Shown here: piece by piece, positions 1 to 13,859 of the stretch
Layout: each line of letters starts with the position of its first letter
Numbering within the stretch: the stretch's first letter is position 1
NCBI GenBank assembly: GCA_951406725.2
Contig: OX597825.1
Location: 20,212,001-20,276,000 of the forward strand
Reading direction: 5' to 3'
Source: Octopus vulgaris
Taxonomy: Eukaryota
Length of the DNA stretch: 64,000 nt
Position numbers and translations under genes: made by a program
Notes under the pieces: generated by a model
The model's input: only the letters and a program-made list of their open reading frames with translations
Database searches by the model: none
What the model was told of the DNA's origin: nothing

Positions 1-339
1 AAAGAGTTCTAGACGTACTTTCGAATCGGAAAATATTTTGAGGTACTGGAGATAAAAATGAATGTAACCTTCGCAAAATTCTATTTTCTCATGTTTCAAT
101 TGCATTTCGACTGTATTATTTTGCTAAATACAGTAACAAATTCATTTTTATTAGTTTCATTTTGTCCTATCATATGTGGATTTACCGGCAAATTATAGTA
201 TATTTTATCATTCAATTGTGAGAAAACTTTCAATAATGGGAAATACCTTTTTAATATTTCGAATTAGCGCCACAATAATATCTAAAATAACACAAAATTA
301 TCAAAGCAATTTTCAAAAAAGTTCCATCTCGTAGACCTG

Positions 340-640
340 CGTTATCATTCCTCATTATCAATACCATGTTGTCCTCAGCATCGTTTTCATCAACATAATC
401 CCCATCATCGACATATCATCACCATCATAGTCATGATCACTATCATCATCATCATTATCATCATCGTCGTCTTTATTATCACCATCATCACCGTCGTCTT
501 CGTCCTCATTGCCTCTACATGATCGCTATCATCTACATCATCCTCATCAACACATCATCGGCATCATCATAATTTTTGCATCCCCATCATCGTTCTCATC
601 CTTCCCTTCCTCCTCCTCCCCACCTCATCATCATCATAAT
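340..640. repeat. Degenerate (ATC)n/(CAT)n trinucleotide-rich low-complexity tract
   Basis: Runs such as catcatcatcattatcatcatcgtcgtc. Confidence 0.8.
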
Positions 641-710
641 TGAGGTTACCAATATTTATTTTGTGTAGACTACGATGGATTTCTGAGCATACATAATTCA
701 TTGCGCTGTC

Positions 711-714
<4 letters not shown>

Positions 715-753
<39 letters not shown>

Positions 754-781
754 CATATATACATAAATATATATTCTACCT

Positions 782-845
<64 letters not shown>

Positions 846-846
846 A
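715..846. repeat. (TA)n followed by (CT)n microsatellites
   Basis: Direct reading; representative of dozens of similar tracts across the window. Confidence 0.95.
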
Positions 847-1844
847 GATCATTCACCAATGACTAATACACATCTGAGTCTACAGCTATAACGATATGAT
901 TATATTCTGATTTGTTCTTGTTTAACAGAACATTCTCGTACATGGATTGATGGAGTAGATATGAAATAATTCTAGAATATATCTGGTCCCATTTCAAAAT
1001 GATAGAACGAAATGATCACATTATGATTTCAGTTTATTTAATGTTTTTTTTTTGTGTCTTGTTTTTCTTTTATCGTTTACTATTTTTATTTCATTTTAAA
1101 ATTCCGCAACTACATAAAATTTATCAAGGTTGTGATCTGATACTTTTGAAAGTTTGCGATTAATACGTTATTAAATATGCCAGGATTTTCTAAAGTTAAA
1201 ACGAATGAAGAGTCAACGATGCTATTTTAGGAAACTGAGAATTCGATTATAGAACTTTAAATATGTAACACTAGGATATGATATTATGTTTTATATAAAA
1301 ACATTTCCTGGGTAAAAATGAGTGTATATGAGTGTGCTTGGAGAGAGAATGTGTGTGCCTGCATGATTTAAAATAGCAACTACGAACAGGAAATTTGGTA
1401 GTTTAGTTAAGGTGTCTGCAGATCTCACAAATTTTGAGATTTTTGCTATTTTAAGCCAAGAGTAGATTAAATTTACGCTTTAACGATTGGTGTTTAGTAC
1501 TTGACAATTAATGCGAGTATAACTAGCAATATTAATTGTTTTCTGTCTTTTCTATGTCTTATGTGAGTAATAGGATATAACAACAGCCTGCTCTTATCAT
1601 TTTGTTACTATTCTGACGCTAGTATTTTCACTTCATACGTCATACTTTCTGGGTATTTTTTTATGGTAATATTATTATATTCAGTGACATTTCTTGTTAT
1701 TTATATACGTAAGAAATTGCTTTAGAAAATTCGAACGTTTTCCATCTCGAATTCTACCCCTTTAAAATGTCGTAACAATGGCACCTCAAGGAATGTATTT
1801 ACTGTTTTTGGAAACAGGGTAAAACTTATCTCAGGTTATCTAAG

Positions 1845-2275
1845 CTCTTTACTCTTTTTGCTCTTTTACTTGTTTCAGTCATTTGACTGTGGCCATGCTG
1901 GAGCACCGCCTTTTAGTCGAGAAAATCGACCCCAGGACTTATTCTTTGTAAGCCTAGTACTTATTCTATCGGTCTCTGTTGCCGAACCGCTAAGTTACGG
2001 GGACGTAAACACACCAGTATCAGTTGTCAAGTGATGTTGGTGGGGGAGAGACAAACAGAGACACATAAACATATACACACACATACATACATATACATAT
2101 AAACATATATACGACAGGCTTCTTTCAATTTCCGTCGACGAAATCCACTCACAAAGCTTTGGTTGGCTCGAGGCTATAGTAGAAGACATCTGCCCAAGGT
2201 GCCACGCAGTGGGACTGAACCCGGAACCATGTGGTTCGTAAGCAAGCTACTTACTACACAGCCATTCCTACGCCT
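1845..2275 (-). mobile_element. SINE family A (tRNA head, CORE-like domain, internal microsatellite, (AGTAAAAG)n tail), full length
   Basis: Minus strand reads aggcgtaggaatggctgtgtagtaag...ggttcagtcccactgcgtggcaccttgggcag (A/B-box-like head plus CORE-like ccttgggca); matches copies at 27233, 35762, 50885. Confidence 0.9.
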
Positions 2276-2538
2276 ATTTATTATTTATTTATTATTTTAT
2301 TTATTATTTATAAATATTTATAAAAACCTATTTATTATATTATTTCGTAGCCTACAAGTTAAAACCATGATTGCTGGAAGTCAGATTGATAGCTGTAAGA
2401 AGCAATTTCAACAAACAAAACCACAAGTATATTATAATTGTGCTTATTGTAGTTTAGCCACAGCTCAAAGCTGATAAAGTAGATACACAACCCAAAGTAT
2501 TCTGCACAACAAAATCATTTGAAGATATATCAACCGTT

Positions 2539-2667
2539 GTGAAGACGCGTGGATCAGTGATTAGGTCGTTGGCGTCATGATCGATCGGAAGATTGTAGTT
2601 TCCGTTCCTGGTCAGGGTGATACGTTGTGTTGTTGAATAAAATTCTTCATTTCACGTTGATCCAGTC
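2539..2667 (+). mobile_element. SINE family C, 5' part, truncated at the fold-back repeat
   Basis: gacgcgtggatcagtgattagg...cttcatttcacgttgatccagtc aligns by eye with 19717-19850. Confidence 0.7.
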
Positions 2668-2669
2668 GT

Positions 2670-2740
2670 AATTAACCCAAGGCTGGGACCTAGAGAACTA
2701 CTGCTACTACTACTACTGCTGCCACTACTACTACTACTAC

Positions 2741-2771
<31 letters not shown>

Positions 2772-2806
2772 ATTGATAATAATATTGATAATAATAATAA
2801 TAATAA

Positions 2807-2849
<43 letters not shown>

Positions 2850-2881
2850 TGTGGTGGTGGTGGTGGTGGTAGTAGTAGTAT

Positions 2882-2921
<40 letters not shown>

Positions 2922-2948
2922 TCTCTAGGTCCCAGCCATGGATTAATT
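2670..2948. repeat. Fold-back inverted repeat: 29-bp unique arms plus (TAC)n/(TAG)n
   Basis: aattaacccaaggctgggacctagagaac (2670-2698) is the reverse complement of gttctctaggtcccagccatggattaatt (2920-2948) at 27/29. Confidence 0.9.
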
Positions 2949-3167
2949 AGGATGTTAGTGTGCCTACTAATGGGCACGATCGGGATGGCACTGACGTATT
3001 AGTGGTGGGAGGGATGATGATGATGGAGAGTAAAGAGGACCTCGTGACTCTGCCTTATGTTAGAAAACAACATTTCCAAGATGTGTGACTGACCGCAAAC
3101 ATTCTATTTATTACATATTGTTATTGTATACTTATCATTCTTCTTCAAATTATCTCTATCGCTTTCT

Positions 3168-3586
3168 TATTTCCCTATTGCCCACAAGGGGCTAAACATT
3201 GAGGAGATAAACAATGACAGACAAATGGATTAAGTCGATTATATCAACCCCAGTGCGTAACTGGTACTTAATTTATCGACCCCGAAAGAATGAAAGGCAA
3301 ATGCGACCTCGGTGAAATTTGAACTCAGAACGTAACGCCAGACGAAATACCTATTTCTTTACTGCCCACAAGAGGCTAAACACAGTGAGGACAAACAAGC
3401 AAGGACAGACAAACGGCTTAAGTCTATTATATCGACCCCAGTGCGTAACTGGTACTTAATTTATCGATCCCGAAACGAGGGAAGGCAAAGTCGACTGCGG
3501 CGGAATTTGAACTCAGAATGTAACGGCAGACGAAATACTGTTAAGCATTTCGCCCGGCGTGGTAACGTTTCTGCCAGCTCGCCGCC
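3168..3586 (-). mobile_element. SINE family B (tRNA head, Meta/MESC-like central domain), tandem dimer
   Basis: Two units of gagttcaaatt..gccgaggtcg..tttgcctt..gggtcgataaattaagtaccagttacgcactggggtcgat; junction near 3350; ctatcgctttct-like duplication on both flanks. Confidence 0.88.
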
Positions 3587-4219
3587 TTTCGCTTTTTACC
3601 AACCTATCGCTTTCTACCAACCATACACACTTCTGACAATGATACTAATTATACTCTGTCATATATTCTAGTAACTACAGCTAGTTATGCCTTGACTCAC
3701 ATAGCGCTGAGTTTAAAAAAAGATATAACACGAACTGTATGTAAAGCAATGCCAAATATTGTTTCAGCTTTTTAATACACATAAGAATGGCTTTGAACAT
3801 TTTTCTACACATCTTAGGTTTGTGTATTATTTTCCGCAGCACGTAGAATATTCTTAGAAATCGAATTATTGCAATAAATTGCTTTTCCTTTATGTATCCT
3901 TATTTATGATTGATGTTGTTGTAACGAGTGCGTGTGTGTATGTGTGTGTATGTGTGTGTGTGTACTTACTGTGTTTTCCACATACTACGTATAAAGCTTG
4001 TTGCTTAGATTACCTGGCTGGAAATAAAGACCTTTTCAACGTCACATACTAAATTTCTATGATTAAATCAACGCTTAAAAACTACACCTTTTCATTCAAA
4101 CAACATATGTTTATTTCTCAACAATGAATATTTACAAGTGTTTCGCTTAGAAGCGAAAAATATGAACTTGCATATTCTTGTGTGGGTGAATGTGAATGCA
4201 AATATGCATATAAACACAC

Positions 4220-4264
<45 letters not shown>

Positions 4265-4266
4265 TA

Positions 4267-4333
<67 letters not shown>

Positions 4334-4351
4334 ATCTTACCGTTTTATCAA

Positions 4352-4484
<133 letters not shown>

Positions 4485-5487
4485 CATATATATATTGTGT
4501 GTGTTTGTGTATGTACTGCATGTATCTGTGTATATGCATTATATATATGAGTATGTATGCATATATTTATGTTTATGTATGTATGTATAGAATTATTGAT
4601 AGGTTGGTGTTTAGGAATATCCATACACGTGTGCATATGTATGTGCGCGTGTGTATGCAAGCGTGTGTGTATGCACGAATGCATGTGTGCATGTCGTATT
4701 ATTAATGGCATTATGATTAGTGGTATTAGTAATGGTATTTCATATTATTTTAAACAATTGTACACAGAAAAGATAATATATTTTCTGAATTATTATAGGA
4801 ACTTTGTCAATAAATTGAAATACACATCTGAGACGAATGCAGTTAATTACACACCATAAGATTATCTTTTTGCTTAACGCTTTTTTTTTCTTCTTATATT
4901 TATTCCTCCGTACTTTGCTTTTTCCCAATAGCCTAATCGTTATTTGCTTTCAATAAGCGCAGATTGTGAACAACCCAGCTTATCCTTAATTTATTTTGCT
5001 TTCTCTATTCTCTTTTTTTTTATTCAATATTATTATTTTCCTGTTCATTTCCTTCTTCTAAATAAAGCAATGTCGGCTATACAATTCTCGTTGTGTTGTA
5101 AAACTTCTTTTCAGAAATGTTTGTTGAAAACATTTGACGTTATTAGAAATCTTACACGGTTCCGTTTAAACAACGGTAGATTTGCAAGTATTTTTCTAAT
5201 GACCTCATCCGAAAAGCACCTAACCTCTTTAGAGAGGCAGCCTCTTATTAAATAGTTTTAGAAGAGACTGTAACCTATTTAAAGACTTCCGAAAATAGAA
5301 AGACAACAAAAACTGAAAATAGTTTTCATTAATTCACTTAAGAATCTAACTTTATACTGTAAATTCTGCAATAACTTCGCTGTCTGCATCCCGCATATTC
5401 TTTAAAAACACTGCTTCCTTTTGAGTACGTGAATAATCAAAATATGCGTGAGTATATAAATATATATAATACACATATTTGTGTGTG

Positions 5488-5548
<61 letters not shown>

Positions 5549-5870
5549 TATATATGCATATGTACTTTGTTCTTATTAATTTCTCTCTGTATATTAACGG
5601 GGTCTGAAGGGAAAGGAACAGAAAGGTTTTTGACTGGTGACAAAAGCCATGTCGGTGGATTTTAATTTATGCTCAACGTCACTCATAATTAAGATGACTT
5701 TAGTTCTAGTAATTTAATTCAAAATTACCCTTGATTTCAATTAGCCTCTGCGGTTACCGTTTTGTATCAAACGGTAGAGATTATTTTGAATTACTCTACA
5801 CAAAAAGACTCATATATAAATATATATGTATGTGTGTTTACATATATATGTGTATATATATATATATATA

Positions 5871-5931
<61 letters not shown>

Positions 5932-6705
5932 GTATAAATTATAGATTTCAGAAATGATATAGTAAGCATAGATGGCGAATTCTACATACATGTCCGCTTA
6001 CATACGTGCAAGCATATATGCCTACATGCAAGCAAACCTACATACATACATGCATGCATACATAAATACCTACATACATACATACATAAATGCATATATA
6101 CATACATACATTAATACATACATAAATGCATATATACATACATACACACATACATATATGTGTGTTAGGGGAGGCCTCTTTATTTAAACTTGTATGAGAA
6201 ATTAAAACAAAAGGTTTTGTTCTAGTTTGCCACTTTTAGTAAAGTTTTTCATATTTTGGAACTGTAAATTCCCGAAATCCATCATCGAAAATACTAGACT
6301 ATTACAATGCAAATTCCAAAAGCAGGAAGTTGTGAACAAAAGCTATTCTTGGACATCATCAAAACAGATTATAAAGCAATACCGGAGAATGACTATGCAT
6401 TAAATTATTAGAATCCATTCTTTGGTTTTGTGTCATTTTCCGACTGCGTATTGTTTTGAAATCAGTGATCTTTTGAAGCAGGAATTTTCAGTTAATGTTT
6501 CAAAATTTATCTATGCCAAATTATGCAGAATTGCTAAAATACTTGATTCTTTTTTTTTTAAATCCATTTAGTGGTTTACAATTGTTGCTGCGAGATTTGA
6601 GAATTCTTCATTGCCAACGCATTGTGAGTAATTTATGAATAAAGATGAAAGGATACACAAAATAAAAAGATAAAAGTAGGACATTGTTTTATATCAAATA
6701 CACAT

Positions 6706-6758
<53 letters not shown>

Positions 6759-6896
6759 AATATATTTATATACATACACACATATATTTGCATATATATT
6801 TATATACACATATGTATATATATGCATATATATATATATGTATATACATATATATATATATATATATATGTATGTATATATGCATATATATATACA

Positions 6897-6938
<42 letters not shown>

Positions 6939-7758
6939 TATATATATATACGTATATATATATATATATATCTATATATATATAAATATATGTATATATA
7001 TATATAAATACATACATGCATACATACATACATATATACACACATACATACATACATACATATATATACATATATATATATACACGCACACATACACCGT
7101 AAGAGGTATGAAGATTATTGTCGAGATTAAGAGAATCCCACGAGTGTATGATGAGTTTATATTTATCAGCACTCAAAACATAATTATATGTGTCAGAGTA
7201 AGAAATCGTATCGAAAGTAAGACATAAGTTCACACGATCAATATATAAATAAACTGGGTAATATTATACAACGGGAAAATGATCTTATTTATGCATAAGC
7301 TCTTTCGTTTCTGAATACCCATGGAGAAAGTACAAGAGCACTCAATAAATATATGGCAATACACAGATATTTCCAGTAATATAGCGCAAATCAAATATAT
7401 TTTGATAAATTTGTCCTTGTGGATACACATACAGGAGATTTCTTTTCACTTAATTAATGAAGCAAAAGCTGTTTCACTGCTTTATATAGCAAAGCCTCAA
7501 GCACACATGCACACCCACGTACACACATGCGCGCGCGCACACGAACACACACATACATACACAAGCGAGCGCACACATACACACACATACAAACACGCAC
7601 ACACATACACTCACACAAACATACGCACGCACACACACACACGCACACATGCATACACGCGCACACATACACATACACATGCGCACTTACACACACATAC
7701 TAACACACATACACACGCAGACACACACACGCACATTTACACGCAGATATACACATGC

Positions 7759-7793
<35 letters not shown>

Positions 7794-8384
7794 TGCGTGT
7801 TTGTGTGTGTGTGTTTGTGTGTGTGTGTGGTGTGTGTATGTGTGTATGTGTGTTTGTGTGATTACTGAAAATAATGAGTACAACAAAATATATATTGTTT
7901 CGTGTGTTCGGATGCATGAAAATGTTTACATTTTTTTGCAACTATTTCTTTTAAATAGAACAATATGACTCCATTCCAGAACTTCAGATCATTTGTTTTG
8001 TTTCGTAAATAGCCAAAAATGCACTTTACATTAAACGCGGTCCAACAGCGTTCTTAAATGCATTAGAGCTTTAAACGGCTGAGTTCCATCATCAAAAGGA
8101 AGTGAAGCTAACAACTGCTTTTAACAAAGCAGGATGCTCGAAATTTGGTGGATTGGAATAGCCATCCCCAGTACCTAACTCATGCGTCCCCGGAAGTAAA
8201 CATGGCATCGACCAGAATTAATCTATGAACGTAAAGAACCAGAAGATGTATTATAAAATATTTTAACCGCCGTTCTGACGATGTTGTCAGTCTATCACCC
8301 CAAAAGAAATTGAGGTAAATAATAGTGAGTTCTGCATCAGAAAGGATCATGAGCATATGTTCACAACCACTAAAATCATCAATG

Positions 8385-8598
8385 ATTTATTTATTTATTT
8401 ATGTATTTATGCGCCTTTTTCAAGCCTAACCAGGCTCATGGGCGCGGTTTTCCGGTTTCTATGGCGTATGTTGTTTCCTCTAGCTGGACGGGACGCCAGT
8501 CCATCGCAGCGTTACTCAAGAAACAGGAAGAAAGTGTGAGAGAAATTTGGAGCGAATGAGTACAACAGGGGTCACCACCACTCCCTGCCGGAGACTCC
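8385..8598 (-). mobile_element. SINE family C variant (V-domain-like), 3' part
   Basis: Minus strand gctgcgatggactggcgtcccgtccagc plus (TAAA)n-like tail; upstream part resembles 19260-19370. Confidence 0.8.
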
Positions 8599-8618
8599 TA
8601 TTGGGAGTGTGTTAGTAA

Positions 8619-8941
8619 TTTGGCTACGATGTTCTTCCCCATCTAGTTTATTTCCCACACTTTTCTCTAACCGACTACCACTTTCTCAAGCATGTTGATG
8701 GTTTCCTGCGAGATAAAGAGTTCAAAAATCAAACTTATGCTGAAAATACGTTCAAAGAGTTCATCAGCTCCAGAATGCACATTTTTATGTTACCGGAATA
8801 AAAAGACTTATCACTCCTTGGCAAAAATCAGTTCATTGTAACGGTACTGACTCTGATGAATAAAATTTCAGCATTTTTAAAAAATATATTGTAATGAATT
8901 TCATGTTTCAAAACGTTGCTTTCGTTTTATTCAGCCTGATA
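8619..8941 (+). mobile_element. Decayed mariner transposase C-terminus with 3' end
   Basis: GYDVLPHLVYFPHFSLTDYHFLKHVDGFLRDKEFKNQTYAENTFKEFISSR, then after a frameshift YVTGIKRLITPWQKSVHCNG; resembles the Hsmar1-type PHPPYSPDLSPTDYHFFKHL...WQKCVDCNG. Confidence 0.85.
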
Positions 8942-10543
8942 TAATATAGATGTCATTTAAATTTATGCTTTGGTTAGGAAGTGTACACTCTGAACAATCT
9001 TGAAATTATGAATGTCACGATGTTAGCACAATGGAATGCAGTATTGCCGATATCAAGTGCTTCATTCGTATCGAAAACAAGATACTCAACAAATTCACGT
9101 AATTGTATGAAGTGGGTTTCTACTGATGTATATCTAATTCTCTTCTCTTAAATGTCTGAATTCAAGTAAACATTTGCCACCATTAGAGACCTTGATATAA
9201 TTATTATAATAATCGGTAGAAATTCACTCGTGTATGACGACGATAGATACTGGACCCAAATTAGAAGCAACGTGTTTTTCAACGATTTTAAGGGTAGCTA
9301 CTACAGGGTAGAAATAACCGAACTGAACACATTTTACGTTCTAAACACCCGCAAAGTCATATATTTTAAGTTTAGATGTGATACAAAATAGAGAGTGAAG
9401 TGGAGGAAAGAAAATAGATGCAGGATATGTATGGGTGTTGAAGTTGTAAATCCGTTTTATAGGCATACTGGTATATAAGCAATATTCCAATATCCTATGA
9501 GTAAAGTCCAAAAGTCCAACAGAGTTTAAAATGAGTCCTTCCAAATATAGAGTTTATAAGCAAAGTAAGATTCCCTTATGAGTGAGGTCCAGCAGATTCT
9601 TAATCTAAAACATCTGACCAATTTCTATTCCAAAAGCTGTCTTTGAAACTGAGAATCACTCTGCAGTAGAGCTTCCCTGCCAGTGCGACTTGAGAGCGTG
9701 GCCGCAGTGGAGGGGTCATCTAACCCAAGACGCCAGTGTATTATAATGGTCGGGGCCACTCACCCCGAATCTACGCGCTCATCGGGATGCTCTGGTTATT
9801 AAGGTGGGCAGCGTCACCGCCGATATTCTGCAAGTCTTCGAGCGACCGAGCGAAGGAACAAGCAGGGGCCCGGGCTTCTTATAAAATTTTGAAATTGAAT
9901 CGAGAGGAGTTTTATACCAAAGTGAATGCAAAGACATTTAAGATCATTTCCAGCTAACATATCCAGTTTTTCCTGTCGGAAGATAGAGTGGATTTTTGTC
10001 TATTTGTACCATACATCTTAAAGCTGATGTAAAACAACGAAATTGAAAAACTACAGCCTGTAATAATATGAATGGTGCAACGTCATAAATCAATGTGTCA
10101 AATATGGGCAGTTTTTGTTTATCTGGAAATTATGGATGCAGTAAAACGAATCCCGATGATCGATGAACAACAAGCATAAAGGCCACACATCACATGATGC
10201 ATATATTTTATAGTTGTTGTCGTAGGAGACTTTTCATGGAGCACTATTTTGAAATCCAATTCAAGAAGCTTTTTTTTTTACCATTTGACATCCTATCGTG
10301 GGATGTATTCCAGTGCAGAAGCAGCAAGCTTCAAGCAAATTAGAAATGGTTATTCGGATTTTAATTTTTCTTTCAAAATTATCTCTCAAATTTGTCTCAA
10401 ATTTGTCTCTCAAATTATCTTTAATCCAGAGATAATTATTATTAGAAATGAAACTGTATACTGGCAGGCTTGAAATTTTTTAAGACAGTTTGATAACTGG
10501 CTTGCACAAAAATCTAAGCCCTCGAGTCACGTTTAACTCCTGC

Positions 10544-10596
<53 letters not shown>

Positions 10597-10748
10597 ATGT
10601 GTGTGTATATTCATGTATGTATATATGTATTTATGTATAAATATATATATATATATATATTATATATTCAATAAAATTATCTAGCAGCACCAAATGGCAG
10701 TGCCCAAGCATGGCCACAGCTCGTGAGCTGAAACTAGATAATGAAAAA

Positions 10749-10818
<70 letters not shown>

Positions 10819-11039
10819 ATATGTATATATATATATGTATATATATATATATAAATGCATATATGTAAATATGATTATATGTATATATAGATATGTATAT
10901 ATGTATATATATATATATATATGTCTACATATATATGCATATATATTTATATATATATATATGTATATATGTATATATGTATATATATTTTATATATGTA
11001 TATATATATTTGTATATATATTTATATATATATATATAC

Positions 11040-11600
11040 CCCCACCCTCTGCCTACCTATAAACCCATCTCTACCCGAGCCCTCAGCCGAACCCACACCC
11101 CACCCATGCTTTCCACACTCTCGCCTCCCCCACCTCCGAACAACATCGCTCCACACCACACTACACCATACAACATTACACATCATATCACAACACACCA
11201 CCCACACAACACACCACACACCCATTCCCACATTTTCACACCTACACATACATACACGCACACGTCCAGACCACCAGCCCTCTTTCACACGCACATACAT
11301 ACTCTCTTATACACACACGAACCTTCGTGTTGGGGGTCCTCTTCACGTTGTTATCTCGACTACTTTCCTTCTCCGGCGTGACCCTTCTTTCCGAGTCAGA
11401 CGCCATGATAGATCGTTAGCCACTACACACATTTTTTTCTCTCCTTGTTTCCCTCCTTTTTTTCTGTGTCCCTTTCTATACAAGAGCGTAGGCTCGAAAC
11501 GTAACAGACTTATTCTATTCCTGAGCGTTATACTAATACATCTGTTTGTTTTGTACACCACCTGTCTTCGTCTTATGTTGTTTTTTTCGTAAACTCTCCC
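11040..11600 (+). mobile_element. Non-coding PLE-LTR-like repeat with degenerate hammerhead (11472-11507)
   Basis: cttt CTATACA a gagc gtag gctc GAAA cg tA acag; related in layout and sequence to 18960-19168. Confidence 0.6.
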
Positions 11601-11681
11601 TATGTATATATATGTATGTATGTATATATATATGTATATATAGATAGATATATATGTATGTATATATATATATACACATAT

Positions 11682-12010
11682 AAAAAATAGAAAAGAGTGA
11701 AAAAACTACAGTAGGCTTGTTTTATAAGGTTAAAGAATATATTTAAGTCGTTATGTTAGAAACTTGCTATAAAATTTTGTATATAGTAACATAGTTTTGG
11801 GAGAAATAACCGGTTTCGTGTAAACTTTTCGTGTAATGTAGCTAAAGAAATTTGAGAAATTTGAAAAGTTTACACGAAACCGGTTATTTCCCCAAAAACT
11901 ATATTACTATACACAAAATTTTATAACATTTTTCTAACATAACGACTTAAACATATTCTTTAACCTTATAAAACAAGCCTTCTGTAGTTTTTCACTCTTC
12001 TCTGTTTTTT
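11682..12010. repeat. Inverted repeat, ~150-bp arms, 32-bp spacer
   Basis: 11682-11830 is the reverse complement of 11863-12010 (e.g. aaataaccggtttcgtgtaaacttttc / gaaaagtttacacgaaaccggttattt). Confidence 0.92.
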
Positions 12011-12179
12011 ATACATCCATCCACGTGCTTTCACACACCAACTTTCTCACCTATATACATATATATATACATATGTTGTATATATATATATATATATGTA
12101 TATATACAAACTACAACACACATACACAGACACCTATACACGTACATATATACATACACACACACGCACACACACACAC

Positions 12180-12260
<81 letters not shown>

Positions 12261-12506
12261 GAGAGTGGGGAAAAGGAGAGAGCATGCTTTACATCACCTA
12301 CAATTGTATGCACATTCATTTACGCATACACCTATGTTTGAATCGGGAGATTTCTACTTATTCCATTCAAGTATATTAACGGTAATGTTGCATTAATTTA
12401 TTTCAATTACGTTTTTCTACTCGCCGCACAAGAAGCATGAATGAGAAATGAGAAAGGTAATAAACCAAAAAAAAAAATCTGTGCTCTTTTCTCGTAATAA
12501 TTATAG

Positions 12507-12706
12507 ATTTGAAAGACGTATCTAGGTCGAAAGACAATCACGCTGACTCGTTCGACAACCTTATTGTTTGGACCAGAAAAGATGTTCGTTTAATATCAGC
12601 GGAATCTTCGAGCGGAAAATCCTTTTCAAGCCGGTCTACTTCACGAAAATTGGTCATACAAAGACATAATACCTGGTCGATAGACAATCACGTGACAACA
12701 ATATAA
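12507..12706 (+). CDS. Candidate terminal coding exon (..KLVIQRHNTWSIDNHVTTI*), gene unknown
   Basis: Non-repetitive 65-codon open frame after ctcttttctc..ttatag; ends in a T-x-I class I PDZ-like motif; no homology recognised. Confidence 0.3.
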
Positions 12707-13859
12707 GACCATCTAGTGCTTTATAATAATTCATTTCAATCTATATTTGTTGTTTTTGCTTTCTTGAAACTTTGAAAAGGTCATTTATTGCCGAAATATC
12801 GGCTTTAATCTATGTAACAATGTAGTAAGTGTGATGATTGAGATAAATTATGAAAACTAGCATATGGCTTCTTGTTCATTTAATCGTATTATCAGTATTT
12901 GTAACGCTCCATAAATTCATTTCAATTACACATATCTACTCACTTGGCGGATAGCATGAAAGAGTCAGAGAAACAAATTACTGCTATTATCTCACAGCAA
13001 TTTGACAAAGAGAAGAGATGGAAGGAGAATTAATCATTCAATTGCCAAGTTTCGAAATATCTTGCATCAGTAAATTACTTCTTCATATGGTTGAGTTTTG
13101 TGAACACAATGGCTGGGATGTGATATGTCTTCCCGTAAAATCAGGTGCTAGATTTGTTGGAACTAGTGTTCACTCGAAGATCCGTTGCCTTGGACTAACA
13201 GTGAAGAAGAGAAAGCTGTTTCCAGAAAATTTCCAGAAGCCACTACGAAAGCCAATCATTAAATCTGGATCAAGAGAGAGAACAACAGGCGCAGCAAGGA
13301 CGACCGTTGAAGACGATAGAAACTTTTGGCCCAGAGTTGCAACATCAGACTCAGCAAAGCGCATGTTGGTATGAGAGATTTTTGTCGCCTATATCGGTCG
13401 TTGGCTCCAGGCAGTTCAGGTGCCCCGGTGAAAGCGGAAAGGGGCAAACCTCTATAGAGCTGCTCCACTTCCAGATGAGACATTGACTCCTGCATTCGAA
13501 GAGTGTATAACATCACCATTAGCACACAAATGTTCACCCAAAATATACCATACAATCTCACAGAGAGTGCTTTAATATAACAATCGATGTGTTGGTATAT
13601 GTTCTGACTTTTGCATTAGACAATTCTTTGAAACAATCTGAAAATGCTAAACCACCCACAGAAAGCTACGGATTCATTACAAGACTCTTGTACAATATCG
13701 ACTCCAAAATGAAAATGGATTTTGATATTATGCATTATCATTCGCAGGATATGAATCATATTCTATTTTAGTTGTGTCCAGCATTGGCTACTGTTAATTA
13801 TCATGACTGTTTCTTGTCCTTGGTCGCTGCTACAATAATCGATTAGCTCTGGTTTATAC

